From positions 64,001 through 128,000 of the forward strand of contig CBDDDG010000022.1 of assembly GCA_965226555.1 (NCBI GenBank): a stretch of 64,000 nt of DNA. Direction: 5' to 3'. The position numbers were made by a program, and so were the translations under genes. Below the pieces are notes generated by a model. The model ran no database searches. It saw nothing but the letters and a program-made list of their open reading frames with translations, and was not told where the DNA came from. Positions within the stretch are counted from its first letter, which is position 1. The number at the start of each line of letters is the position of its first letter. Below are positions 9,705 to 20,400 of this stretch, piece after piece. Origin of the DNA: Salinispira sp. GTDB lineage: Bacteria; Spirochaetota; Spirochaetia; DSM-27196; Salinispiraceae.

Positions 9705-10634
9705 CTATTCGTGGGTGTGTTTTCCGCAAAAAATTTTCCGAAGATAATATCTCATCACTTGCAGGGGCTTCATACCCTTGCTTTGAACAATATCGCTGGC
9801 TGCCTGGTGAATTTCAATGTTTTCACCGTATTTTTCCTTAAGGGTGTGCCAATGCTTGGCAATCCAGACATATAAATCTCCCTCAGTTCTGTCGGGAAAA
9901 TGAATCAGTAAATTATAATTTTTAATTACTTCAATAATAGGCATGTATACGTTGTTGAACCAGGAAATTACCGCAATATCAAGCGATAATTCATAGTCGT
10001 AATCCTCATTGAGGTAATACTTATGTTCAAGAATATGAAAAAGCACTTCATTATAGCGCCCGGTGCTTGTGAAATTCAAAGAATAATCGCTAATAAGAGA
10101 GGAAAATTTTGTTTTTTGTTCAAATCGTTCTTTTTCATACCCGATTACTGCTTCCATGAGCTCAATCTTATCCATTTTGGGAGTTATTGTTATAATTGAA
10201 TCGAGCTGTATAACCTCCGCATCAATCATGTCCATCCCTTGGCTTCGAGCCACACTTACCCGATGATTTCCATCCCTGACAAAATACACTCCGCCTATTT
10301 CATATAATTGTATGGGCGGGAGAATTATATTGCTCAAATAGAGTTTGTCAATGTTTAACCACCGGGGTCTGAGATGATTATGTTTGGGAAGAAAAATTCT
10401 GTTAAAATCCCTGTAACGTCCTTCGCTTCCAATAATTTTGTTGATGTCGACAGCCTGTATCCCGCGGTAGGCTTCAGTCCGTGGACTGAGGATACGCTTT
10501 ACCTCATCGAGTGACAGGAGATCGTACTTATGGGGTTTGAGAATACCAATTATGCTCTGAATAAAGGCCTTATGGCGGGCGCGATTAAAATCTTCCTGAG
10601 AAACGACGTTGGCATAGGTATTATCAACATTCAT
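9705..10634 (-). CDS. ParB/Srx-like fold protein (DUF4032-like) paired with a metallophosphoesterase
   Basis: IIGSEGRYRDF, LPPIQLYEIGGVYFVRDGNHRVSVAR. Confidence 0.7.
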   Translation of the reverse strand: MNVDNTYANVVSQEDFNRARHKAFIQSIIGILKPHKYDLLSLDEVKRILSPRTEAYRGIQAVDINKIIGSEGRYRDFNRIFLPKHNHLRPRWLNIDKLYLSNIILPPIQLYEIGGVYFVRDGNHRVSVARSQGMDMIDAEVIQLDSIITITPKMDKIELMEAVIGYEKERFEQKTKFSSLISDYSLNFTSTGRYNEVLFHILEHKYYLNEDYDYELSLDIAVISWFNNVYMPIIEVIKNYNLLIHFPDRTEGDLYVWIAKHWHTLKEKYGENIEIHQAASDIVQSKGMKPLQVMRYYLRKIFCGKHTHE

Positions 10635-11310
10635 ATGGAAACTCCAATACAAAATGATTATACACATTGATAATTTGCGTTTCATGAAAATGCACCACAC
10701 GATCTGAATTATGATCATAGAGATGCACATGTCCGTGAATAAGATACCGCGGTTTGAATAAGCGCATAAAGATTCGAAAGGTCTTGAATCCCCGATGAGT
10801 ATGTGTATTCTGATCGTTTAATTTATACGGCGGACTGTGGGTGAGAAGAATGTCCAGATATCTGCCGTGAAAAATACGGTTAAAAATAAGGCGCGGTATA
10901 AGAGTCAGCATTTTAAAAAACATTTGACATTCGGTATATTGATTTGTTCCCTTATTATAGCGGATACAGCCCCCAAGACCGGCAATAAGTAGCCCATGCC
11001 GCGCCTTTATTACCTTATCGCCGATATAGGTTGATCCGAAATAGTTTCGTACTTTGTTTTCCGTATTTCCATGGTCATTGAAATCGTAGATAGAGGATTG
11101 TTCCGGTTTTCGAAACATTTCAAAGCATGTGAGGTCATGGTTTCCAAAAACAAAGAAAATGTCTCTGTTCAATATGCTGGCAATAAAGCCAAGATAATTC
11201 ATGGGGATATCGCCGGCGCCCAATACAAGGTCTACATCGGCAAAGCGTTCTTTCGCGTGTATTGAATAAACAAGCGGATCAATGTGATCGGCAACACAGA
11301 GTATTTTCAC
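10624..11310 (-). CDS. Calcineurin-like metallophosphoesterase
   Basis: ADH, GD, GNHD, THSPP, HGHVH motifs. Confidence 0.9.
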   Translation of the reverse strand: MKILCVADHIDPLVYSIHAKERFADVDLVLGAGDIPMNYLGFIASILNRDIFFVFGNHDLTCFEMFRKPEQSSIYDFNDHGNTENKVRNYFGSTYIGDKVIKARHGLLIAGLGGCIRYNKGTNQYTECQMFFKMLTLIPRLIFNRIFHGRYLDILLTHSPPYKLNDQNTHTHRGFKTFRIFMRLFKPRYLIHGHVHLYDHNSDRVVHFHETQIINVYNHFVLEFPYEC

Positions 11311-11328
11311 TTGTTATGAAACGCTCTT

Positions 11329-12207
11329 TTGACGAAAATTAAGAATAATGTTACGATAAAAACTATTAGCCAAAGGGGAATTATCAAATACATGCGGTCT
11401 ATTTTAGTTGTTCATAAAAAAGGTATACATACAATACAGCAATGTATGCCTCCTTGTCAAATGCTTATTGCTGCTATATTATGCTTTTTTCTCCCCTACA
11501 TGATCTATTGCGATTCATTGTATGATGATGGGCTTGAGCAATTTTTGTATAACAATCCCCGGGAGGCAGCCGCTCTTTTTCAACTTTCTCTGCAGGAAGG
11601 GAATACAGAAGAGGATGTATTCATTTATCTCGCATATACCTATGAGCAATTAGGCTTTTATGATCAGTCAATATCAACTCTGCAGGATGGTCTGAATTAT
11701 GCGGAAAAAAAACGAGATGTTTTCTATTTTAATCTTGGCAATCTTCATGTGTATAAGAAGGAATTTCACGAGGCCATTGAATATTTTAATCTTGCCATTA
11801 AAACTCAGTCCCTGTATGCTGAGGCCTATCTGAATAGGGCGAATGCCCAACTGCAGCAACAGAATTTTCCTGCTTCACTTAGCGATTACCGGACATTTAT
11901 CAACATCGTTCCCGATCACCGGCTTGTGCCAGTTGTCAGGCGTATGATTGAAGCTATGAGCGCTGAAATGCTTGCAGCGGAAACTCGGAAAATGGAAGAA
12001 GAACGCCTTGCGGCGCTTGAAGCGGAACGCCGCCGATTAGAAGCACTTGAAGCTGAACAACGGGCGCAGGAAGAAGAGTTACGGCGCCATGAGCTGCTCA
12101 ATAGCATTTTGGGCAGCCTTAACACAGCAGGGGAAGAAGGAAACACCCTTGGGGCGGGTACTGAAGAAATATCGAATACAGAAGACGATTTTATGAGGGC
12201 AGAATAG
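11329..12207 (+). CDS. TPR protein with C-terminal coiled coil (true start probably further downstream)
   Basis: TPR motifs (FYFNLGNL, AYLNRANA) and E/R/A-rich tail. Confidence 0.8.
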   Translation: MTKIKNNVTIKTISQRGIIKYMRSILVVHKKGIHTIQQCMPPCQMLIAAILCFFLPYMIYCDSLYDDGLEQFLYNNPREAAALFQLSLQEGNTEEDVFIYLAYTYEQLGFYDQSISTLQDGLNYAEKKRDVFYFNLGNLHVYKKEFHEAIEYFNLAIKTQSLYAEAYLNRANAQLQQQNFPASLSDYRTFINIVPDHRLVPVVRRMIEAMSAEMLAAETRKMEEERLAALEAERRRLEALEAEQRAQEEELRRHELLNSILGSLNTAGEEGNTLGAGTEEISNTEDDFMRAE

Positions 12208-12211
12208 TAAT

Positions 12212-14011
12212 ATGAACAAAAAAATTATTCCCGGAGCCCTGCTGATTACAGCAGGAATTATAATTGGTATCGTTTTTTTTGCGATGAGCGCCAATAATGC
12301 TCCTTCGCGGGTAGAGAACATTCTTACTCTGGCAAAAGATTATATTGAGCAGGCGGAATATGACAGAGCACTGGACCTTCTGGAAGATATTCTGATTGAT
12401 GATCCGGAAAACGAAAACGCAATATATCTCAGAAATGTGGCGATTGAACAGAAAACGGGTGGGGAAGTACATAGCGAAAATGTGATTGCCGATGATAGCG
12501 CCGATGTTGATGGCGCCGATGATATTGCCGATGTTGATGGCGCCGATGATAGCGCCGAACAAAGAGAATTCTCCGATCCGGCAGATGTTGACGAAGGCCG
12601 CCGCGTAGCCGATCGGGAAGTTCAGCGGCAGATATATACTCTTCTTGAGGAAGCCCGGCAGTTACAGGAGGTACGGAATTTCATTTCTGCTAGGGATAAA
12701 ATTCAACAGGCCATCGGTCTGAATGAGGATTTTGCCCTGCCGTATTCACGTCTCGCAGAAACTTATCTGGAAGAAGACATTGAAAATTCGGAAAATCGGA
12801 GAAGGGCTGCCGAACTTGCCGAAATTGCAATTAATAAAGATTCTGAGCTCTGGGAACCATACAATGTACTTGGCAGCATTTTTCATGCCTCAAAATTATA
12901 TGAACGGGCAATTCAGTCCTTCAGCATTGCAGCCGATCTCGAAGGAGCCAGCGATGAGGTGCTCTATGCTCTTGGAAATGCGCAGTTTGATGCACGGCAG
13001 TTCAGCGCAGCCCGAAAGAGTTATGAGAGCTATATAAGCCGAAATTCAGATAATGTAAACGCATTTTTTAATCTTGGTTTGACATTTGAACGACTCAATC
13101 TCCATTCACCTGCCATCGAAAATTATCAAAGGGCACTCAGAGTCCAAAGTAATTATGCGCCGGCATATAATCGTATTGGCGAGCTTTCATTGCTTCAGGG
13201 AGACAGCGATGCGGCTCTCAGTAATCTCCGTCAGGCGCTGATCCACGATAATAATGCGCGTAATAACCGAGCTATTGCTCGGGTTTTTTATGAGCGGGGA
13301 GAATACGAACAGGCCCTGGATTTTTTTCTGACCGTACTCGCCTTTGAGCCCAATCGTGCGCAAAATCAGTATAACATTGCAACAGTACTGTTGGATCTCA
13401 ATAGATCCGATGAAGCTCTGCGCTTTGCTGAAGAGGCAGTACGCTTAGACTCTTCGGTTCCTGAGTATAACTATACACTTGGTCTTGCGCTGAAAGCAGT
13501 TGATAATCTGGAACAGTCCCAGTCCTTTTTTCTTGTTGCTATTGCCCAGCAAAACAGTTATATCAAACCACGAATTGAAGTAGCCGAAATTTTTATTATT
13601 AAAGAAAATTATGACGCTGCTCTTCAGGAACTTCTGATCGCATTTCGTCTGGATTCTTCACGATCCGATGTAAATAATAATCTTGCAACAATTTATCGAC
13701 TCAAAGGGGACTATGACAAGAGTCTGGAACACTCATCATTAGCCATCGGGGCAGAACCTGACTCTGCTCCGATCCGCTACAACTTTGCACTCACACTCAT
13801 AAAACTGCAGCGCTTCGCAGAGGCTGAGTCCAATTTGCGGCAAACAATTGGTATTGATGATATGTATTTTGATGCGTATATACGCCTTGGAGAGGTACTC
13901 ATTGCTCAGGGAAAAAATGACAAGGGGGTGAGGATCCTGAACGATCTCATTCAGCGGGCAATTGATTCCGAACAAGCTAGGGAAGCTATGAATATTATTA
14001 ATTCACTGTAG
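12212..14011 (+). CDS. Membrane-anchored multi-TPR protein
   Basis: N-terminal TM helix; numerous TPR units (YALGNA, FFNLGL, YNRIGE, NNNLA). Confidence 0.9.
   Translation: MNKKIIPGALLITAGIIIGIVFFAMSANNAPSRVENILTLAKDYIEQAEYDRALDLLEDILIDDPENENAIYLRNVAIEQKTGGEVHSENVIADDSADVDGADDIADVDGADDSAEQREFSDPADVDEGRRVADREVQRQIYTLLEEARQLQEVRNFISARDKIQQAIGLNEDFALPYSRLAETYLEEDIENSENRRRAAELAEIAINKDSELWEPYNVLGSIFHASKLYERAIQSFSIAADLEGASDEVLYALGNAQFDARQFSAARKSYESYISRNSDNVNAFFNLGLTFERLNLHSPAIENYQRALRVQSNYAPAYNRIGELSLLQGDSDAALSNLRQALIHDNNARNNRAIARVFYERGEYEQALDFFLTVLAFEPNRAQNQYNIATVLLDLNRSDEALRFAEEAVRLDSSVPEYNYTLGLALKAVDNLEQSQSFFLVAIAQQNSYIKPRIEVAEIFIIKENYDAALQELLIAFRLDSSRSDVNNNLATIYRLKGDYDKSLEHSSLAIGAEPDSAPIRYNFALTLIKLQRFAEAESNLRQTIGIDDMYFDAYIRLGEVLIAQGKNDKGVRILNDLIQRAIDSEQAREAMNIINSL
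12488..12558 (+). repeat. In-frame 27-bp tandem repeat (about 2.6 copies; ADDSADVDG)
   Basis: GCCGATGATAGC/ATT-GCCGATGTTGATGGC repeated. Confidence 0.9.
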
Positions 14012-14033
14012 GCGCATTCTCTGAAGCGTCGAG

Positions 14034-15788
14034 CTATATTATTCGTCCAATGAGCTGAAATAGTTCCTTCTTGCTCAGGATAAACCAGATCGGTCTTCCA
14101 TGCGGACAGCGTTTTGTCGGAAGTTTCCAGCTCTCCTCAATTATCTGACAGGCTGTAGTAGAATCAATGAGATCACCGTCCTTAATGGCTGTGCGGCAGG
14201 CCATACTGGCATACAGTTCATTCTCCAGATCCTGAGCAGTTTTTCCGATGTCTGAAATCATTTCTTCTACCTTGTGTTCTTTTCCTCGAAAAACGCTTGG
14301 AATTTCGGAAAGGCTCAGTTCATTAGATGCCTGAAGTGTACTTTTGAATCCGATAGTGTTTAAAGCATCATTTATGCGTTTGAGGCCTTCTTTTCGTTCA
14401 TCGCTGCGGATAGTTATGGGGATGAGGAGTTTCTCGCTGGTTTTATTTTTCCGATACCGTTCATAGAGAATGCGCTCATGCGCGGCATGCATATCAATAA
14501 TGTATAGTAGATTTTCAGATTCAACGAGGAGAAACACTGAAAATATCTGCCCAAGATAACGGTAGGACGGTGGGGCTTCATAGGAAATTCTTTCTTCTTC
14601 AATAGATTCAACAGATGAGGGCAGCACCCGATCATTTTGCGTATTCTGTTTATTCTGTGCATTCCGCATAGGTGGGTATGCAATAGGCGGAGTATGCGAT
14701 ACGGTATTTTCCAGAGTTGGGAATATACTCTTCTGGTCAGTGTCTGGCGAATGGTCAGTGTCTGGCGAATGGTCAGTGTCTGGCGAATGGCGCGCATAAA
14801 ATTCAATAAAGCTCTGAACAGTTTCCCGAATGCGCCGGTGAAGTTCATCGGGGTGTTTGAATCGGACCTCTTTTTTTGCGGGATGAATGTTAAAGTCAAT
14901 TTCGGCAGGATTGATATTAATAAAAGCAAAGGCAACAGGATGTTTTCCGCCGGGAAGAACGGATGAAAAAGCATATTCAATTGCGTGCTGAAGAGAAAAT
15001 TCATTGATTCTCCTTCCGTTGCAGTATATGTGGAGAAATTTTCGATTAAGCCGATAGAGTGACGGAAGTCCAAGTACTATGGTATAGGAGAAATTATTAC
15101 CGCTTCCGGTAATTGTGTGGAGTAATTCTCTGGGGCATTGTTTTTGATATGCCTGCGCAATACGATCAAGATAGTCTGTTTTCGTCAGGGCGGGAAGAAG
15201 AGATATGGTTTTCTGATCGCTGTGCAGTTTGAAATGTATATGGGGGTGTGTGAGCGCCTTTTCAAGGAACATGCTCTTGCAGAGAGCTGTTTCTGCTTGC
15301 TGCGACTTGAGAAATTGTTTACGGGCAGGAAGGTTAAAGAAAAGATCGTGAACCTTAACTCGTGTTCCACGATTTGAAGAAGCCTTTGTAAAACGAGGTT
15401 TTTGATTTCCATCGAGGTTCAGCCTGAGCCCCTCCGCAGATCCATCGGCCGCACTGAGGATTTCCAGATGTGAAACCGCCGCAATACTGGATAATGCCTC
15501 ACCCCGAAAACCAAGGCTTCCGATATGAAGAAGATCATTCTCAGTAACAATCTTACTCGTTGCGTGGCTCCGCCAACAAAGGCGAAGATCATCGGGGCTC
15601 ATCCCGCTGCCGTTATCGACAAGCTGAATAAGAGCGATTCCGCCGCGCTCTATACGGCAATCAATTTCCGTTGCGCCGGCATCAATGGAATTATCAAGAA
15701 GTTCGCGTAAAACAGAAGCGGGCCGGTCAATTACTTCACCGGCCGCAATTTTTCTGCTTACCGTTTCGGCAAGGATATGTATATTCAA
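14034..15788 (-). CDS. mutL: DNA mismatch repair endonuclease MutL
   Basis: IAAGEVIDRPASVLRELLDNSIDAGA, GFRGEAL, DMHAAHERILYE, ACR, CPHGRP. Confidence 0.97.
   Translation of the reverse strand: MNIHILAETVSRKIAAGEVIDRPASVLRELLDNSIDAGATEIDCRIERGGIALIQLVDNGSGMSPDDLRLCWRSHATSKIVTENDLLHIGSLGFRGEALSSIAAVSHLEILSAADGSAEGLRLNLDGNQKPRFTKASSNRGTRVKVHDLFFNLPARKQFLKSQQAETALCKSMFLEKALTHPHIHFKLHSDQKTISLLPALTKTDYLDRIAQAYQKQCPRELLHTITGSGNNFSYTIVLGLPSLYRLNRKFLHIYCNGRRINEFSLQHAIEYAFSSVLPGGKHPVAFAFININPAEIDFNIHPAKKEVRFKHPDELHRRIRETVQSFIEFYARHSPDTDHSPDTDHSPDTDQKSIFPTLENTVSHTPPIAYPPMRNAQNKQNTQNDRVLPSSVESIEEERISYEAPPSYRYLGQIFSVFLLVESENLLYIIDMHAAHERILYERYRKNKTSEKLLIPITIRSDERKEGLKRINDALNTIGFKSTLQASNELSLSEIPSVFRGKEHKVEEMISDIGKTAQDLENELYASMACRTAIKDGDLIDSTTACQIIEESWKLPTKRCPHGRPIWFILSKKELFQLIGRII
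14734..14787. repeat. Perfect 18-bp tandem repeat x3 in the MutL linker (HSPDTD)
   Basis: TGGTCAGTGTCTGGCGAA x3. Confidence 0.95.
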
Positions 15789-15824
15789 CGTACGTATACC
15801 ATGCGGGAGCTTCCACTCAGGGCA

Positions 15825-17231
15825 TTAAAATAACGAGAAACTTGTCTCCAATCGAGTTGAAACTGTCCAGTAGCGCGGGTTGCCATCAGCATCTATTTTG
15901 TCTCCTGGTGTTGAATCATATCGAAGATCATAAATAAACCCAACAGCTACTCCACCAGTGGCATATCCTATTTTGGCAGTTATAATAGCATTCTCAGGAG
16001 AAATTAGATCAGCGATGTCTCTGATATACTGTTTCCGGTAGCTTGCTCCAATAGTGATGCCTCCGAGTAGCTCAGGATCAATGCTGAAATTTGCGGTTAG
16101 GGTTGGATTAAGGTGGTCTATATCCGAATTGTCTGTGAATGAACCTTCCAATGTGGCATCGAGCACTATCTGACTATCCAGAATATCCACACCAAGTTTC
16201 GCAAGCCACCCGATGCTATCTGGAATACTCACTGTTGCATTACCGTCCTTGTATATTTCCCATCGTTGTGCGCGATAAAGGTCGTATGATGAATTGAAGT
16301 ATTCGGGAATAAAATTATTGCCGAGAAATCGTACCTGCGCACCATAGGTCATGATATCAAAAAGCTCTCCACCCAAGCCGACCATTCCTCCAAGGTTTGA
16401 ATTCTGCACAACAAGGTCTCCAAAAATAGCAAGGCGCAGAAGGTTTTCGGAGAAAAGAGGAAACCGGATATCGCCTCCGAAAATAAACACCGCTTCCTCG
16501 CTGTCGAAGTAATTGCTATAGGCTGATTTCTCAGCTTCTCTTTCATAGTAGAAAGGATCTGTATCAATTACCCCTGTAAAGCCAAGCTGAATATCTTTGA
16601 TGGCGGGAACATCAAGCCAATACAGTGGTCGAATAAAAAAGCGTCCGCCAATGACATCGAAGGCTGCAAGATTACCGATAATGGTTTCAAGACCAATGTA
16701 GGGAAAGTCAAACAGTTTTCCATCAAGGTCAAAAGATAATCCTGTTATCCGTCGGTTAGGGAGAAAGCTGGTATTACTATAATCGGATACGATAAATCCA
16801 TTACCGAGCTTAAAATTACTGATACTGCCCGCTGCCAGATAAAATGGATCGCCCTTGTAGCCAAGGTGTATATATCGGATAATGGGAAGATAAATATCCA
16901 GAAAACTTCGTCCATTGTCTGGATCGGGCAGCCAATCTTCCTCGCGTATGCGGAATCCTGTTGTTCCATCGGCGTTTTCGATTGAGAAGTTTATTTCGAT
17001 ATCCAGACCTATTCCGAAGGTGCCAACAGAAAAGTCGGGACGTATTTTGAGATTATTCCAAGTTTCCTCTTCTCCGGTAATGGAATTGTCCAGTGACAGT
17101 ATGGAAAATCCCAAACCCAGACCAAAATCCACTCCGTCTCCGGGACTATCGCCAGCAGGTGAATTTTCCTGAGAAATAAGTACAGTTGTTGTGAATAGCA
17201 ACAAAATGATCACTACATGTTTCAAACGCAT
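15825..17231 (-). CDS. Predicted outer-membrane beta-barrel protein
   Basis: Signal peptide, alternating amphipathic Gly/aromatic strands, C-terminal Phe. Confidence 0.65.
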   Translation of the reverse strand: MRLKHVVIILLLFTTTVLISQENSPAGDSPGDGVDFGLGLGFSILSLDNSITGEEETWNNLKIRPDFSVGTFGIGLDIEINFSIENADGTTGFRIREEDWLPDPDNGRSFLDIYLPIIRYIHLGYKGDPFYLAAGSISNFKLGNGFIVSDYSNTSFLPNRRITGLSFDLDGKLFDFPYIGLETIIGNLAAFDVIGGRFFIRPLYWLDVPAIKDIQLGFTGVIDTDPFYYEREAEKSAYSNYFDSEEAVFIFGGDIRFPLFSENLLRLAIFGDLVVQNSNLGGMVGLGGELFDIMTYGAQVRFLGNNFIPEYFNSSYDLYRAQRWEIYKDGNATVSIPDSIGWLAKLGVDILDSQIVLDATLEGSFTDNSDIDHLNPTLTANFSIDPELLGGITIGASYRKQYIRDIADLISPENAIITAKIGYATGGVAVGFIYDLRYDSTPGDKIDADGNPRYWTVSTRLETSFSLF

Positions 17232-17255
17232 ATGAGCTCCTGAAAATAATTTTAA

Positions 17256-17364
17256 AGAAATTCTTGCATTGGAAAATTGCGCTTGCGCAATTTCCAGTAG
17301 CCAAAATTTCAAATCTGGAATGCTTTTTCTATGTTGAGCATTCTCGCATTTTGTAAAACTTTAT
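17256..17364. repeat. Modular palindromic repeat, copy 3 (A reversed + B + C)
   Basis: TTGCATTGGAAAATTGCGC-tt-GCGCAATTTCCAGTAGC ... GGAATGCT-N12-AGCATTCT ... GCATTTTGTAAAACTTT. Confidence 0.85.
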
Positions 17365-17438
17365 AAAAGTCAGATACTAAAAGAATACCACATAATAATC
17401 CATAATTCCACTAAAATGTCATGCAAATAGCAAATTTT

Positions 17439-20400
17439 TTAATATGATATCTCCAGTATAAGGTTGATTTCAAGGCCGATACTATGGGCATAGGCATAGT
17501 CTTCAAACTTTACCGACTCCGCTGTGTATGCAACTGCAATATCGGCATTGAATTTTCCCAGATCAGAAAAAAACAGAATGCTTCCATGCCGAAGGATGAT
17601 TGAGAAACCTGGTTTTTCGGAAAGGGACAGAGCCGTTGCGGAGGAATTTTCTCTGAGAGCAGTGAAGCGAAGCGAAATCGCTTCCTCATGTTCAAAACCT
17701 AGGCTTTCATTTTCGGTATTCAGATTTTCAAAACCGGTACTCGCAGCCATATTCGCAGCCGTGTTAAGCCGCGTCATCCACAGCAATGATGACGATATCC
17801 CCAACGAGAAGGATGCCTCACCGCGTGAGGCAAATTTCCAGTCGACAGTATTCCGCAGTTCCGAAAAGGGCTGAAGCTCGAAAAGAACGGGCATTAGTTC
17901 TCCGCCTATGCGCCAGTCTTCAATATTATCCAGATTATGCCTGTACTGAAAATTCATTGAAAATTCATCACTCTCATAGAATGAAAAAATGGGTTCTCTG
18001 CCGAATTTTCCAAAGAGATTCAGCGCCTGCCAGGTAATAAGGGCCTTGAGTGATCGCTCGTCCGATTGAATGCCCTGTATCCATTCGAGCTTTCGAATGA
18101 TATCCAGTTCTGCGCTTCGCGGAATGATGAGGTCATACATTGACGGATTCAAGTCTCGCCTGAAAACAATGCCCATTTCATATTCCTGAAATGTTCTGCG
18201 GGGATCGCGAAAGACGCTATCGTTGCCTGCCGATGCAAAGAATGAGCTGCCGGCATCATCCGAAAATACGCCAATTATGTATAGCGGCAGAAAAACATAG
18301 GGGTTTATTGCGGCATGTTCAAAGAGCAGTTCGAGTGGATCAAAAAAATTCTCGGAATATGAACTGCTTTGGTGAAAAAACTTCTGCCTGCCGTTTATTA
18401 TAACATCAATCCCTGAATCCGAATAAAACCCTGCCTGAAGGGTTTGCGTGAAATTCTCATTCAGATTGGGGAGGGAATCGAATGAGCTGAGGGCATGCGC
18501 GCCAAGTTCACCGGAGAAATTTTCTCCTCCGAATCCAATTGATATATTAATATCGGTATTTCTCCGAAAATCAGCGCTGCTCAATTGTGTCCAATCCAGC
18601 AGCGCAATGCTATTAAAATAATTTGCCATATATGACGATTCAAAAATTTCTTCGGCAGGTTCTTCTTCATTAATGCTGAAAAGCAATGCCGTATGGAGGG
18701 CGGGATTTTCGCCAAGGGTAAAATCAATATCCCAATTTCTCATCCGCTTATCTTTGATTGCGCTGATCTGATAAGAAAGATTCAGATAAAACCATGGCGC
18801 AGGGTCCAAGGTAATTCCAAAATTTTGACTGACTCCCGCAGATTGTTTTCCTTTCATCCATTGTTGGCTGTAGATGTTTGTAAATTTCAGTCCCCGAATG
18901 GCATTGAAGGTGAGTGAATGCGAGGAATCTATGTGAATTTGATCATCCAGATCCGAGTAATAGCGCAGGAAAATGGAACTGAGAAAAAACGGGAGGTAGC
19001 CCGTGAGTTGAATGCTGCCGTCAAGCCCCGCGGCAGCGCCAAAACCGGGGGAGAAGGCTGCGGCGCTAAGGTCCAGCGAAGTGATCCCCATATGAAAAAC
19101 GCTGTCGGGGAACAGAACTGCCGATTCGGGAGTCCATTGCATACGCGCCTGTCCTCCGCCGGAAAAAATCTCCCTGCTATCTGAGAATTTCGGCGGGCGG
19201 AGAAGCAGCGATCCTGTTCCCTGCGCCATGAGCGCAAAACTGAGATATTTGAGTTCTCCCTTTCCGAGGGAATGCGGGAAGGGGGCGGTATATTCAATTT
19301 CTCCAGAGTGGAGGAGGCTGATGGTTTTTTCAACAAAATTGATGCGGAGTGTTTTCCATTTGTCTTCGGAGTCAACGGATAATTGAGCCAAATGGGTTCC
19401 GTTAATTGCAACCGTAATGCTTTCCTGAGCGGCAAGTTCTTTTCCGTTAAGTTCAATTTCCAGAGATTCATACAGATCCTGCGCAATTGAGTTAAGCGGG
19501 AAGCGTAATTCCGAGGAAGAATTCCCTGCCCAGCTGAAGACATAATGATCCGCATTCTGGTCAATTCGAGCTGTTTCTCCGAGCACAATAACATTTTTTC
19601 TCCGAATTTTCTGATCTCCAAAGAAAATTCTCCCCGCAGCTCCCCCGGAATTGCCGTCAGAAACGAGAATGATCCTCAGCGACCGAAGGTCTTTCAAGCG
19701 GGCACTTTCAACAGCAGTAAGATTGTATGACAGATTCTGCCAGCTGCCGACATCTGAAGCATCCAACAAACCAAGATAATGGCTCACTATGGCTGCCGGA
19801 TTATCTCCATCGAGCCTTCCGTTTCCGTTTATGTCTTCTGTTAATCCCTGCCAACCCTCATAATATGCCTGACCCGGATATGCGGCAAGGAGTTCGCCTG
19901 ATGCGCCGGTAAAGGGTATTCCCTGCTGCTCCGGGCGCGCCTGTGAATCGAGATTCAAATCGCCATCAATATCTTCATTCAATTCACCTGCCTGCAGGAA
20001 GACATGTACCCCCCCGTTGAGCGATTCCGGAAATACCGAAATAGTGAATCCGCTTATGAAATCGGATACGGCGCTGCTGTTGCTGCTCTGATACCCGACC
20101 CACGGCTCAGCGTCCGTTATCGTGAATTCCAATGCCGCAAGAGTGCCGGAAATACTGTCGTTCTCAGCAGGGAATGCGGGGTAGGGGCCGATCGCAGTCG
20201 CAAGTCTTTCGGGTTCAGCGGTGTTTTGGAAGGTGTCACGCGGAAGAATAATACCGTTCTGTCGGAAATTTCTGAAAAATTGCTGCCCGCGATTGTTGCG
20301 GTTCAGGTTCGGGAGGATCGATATGATTGCCGCGCAGTCTCCAGCGCATGAATTTTCCAACCGGACTGTTTCAGGAGCCGCCGAAGGGAAGAGTGATGCG

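Noticed and set aside
14734..14787. Salmonella-type mutL mutator switch
   Set aside because: That switch is a 6-bp repeat in the ATPase region; this repeat is in the variable linker
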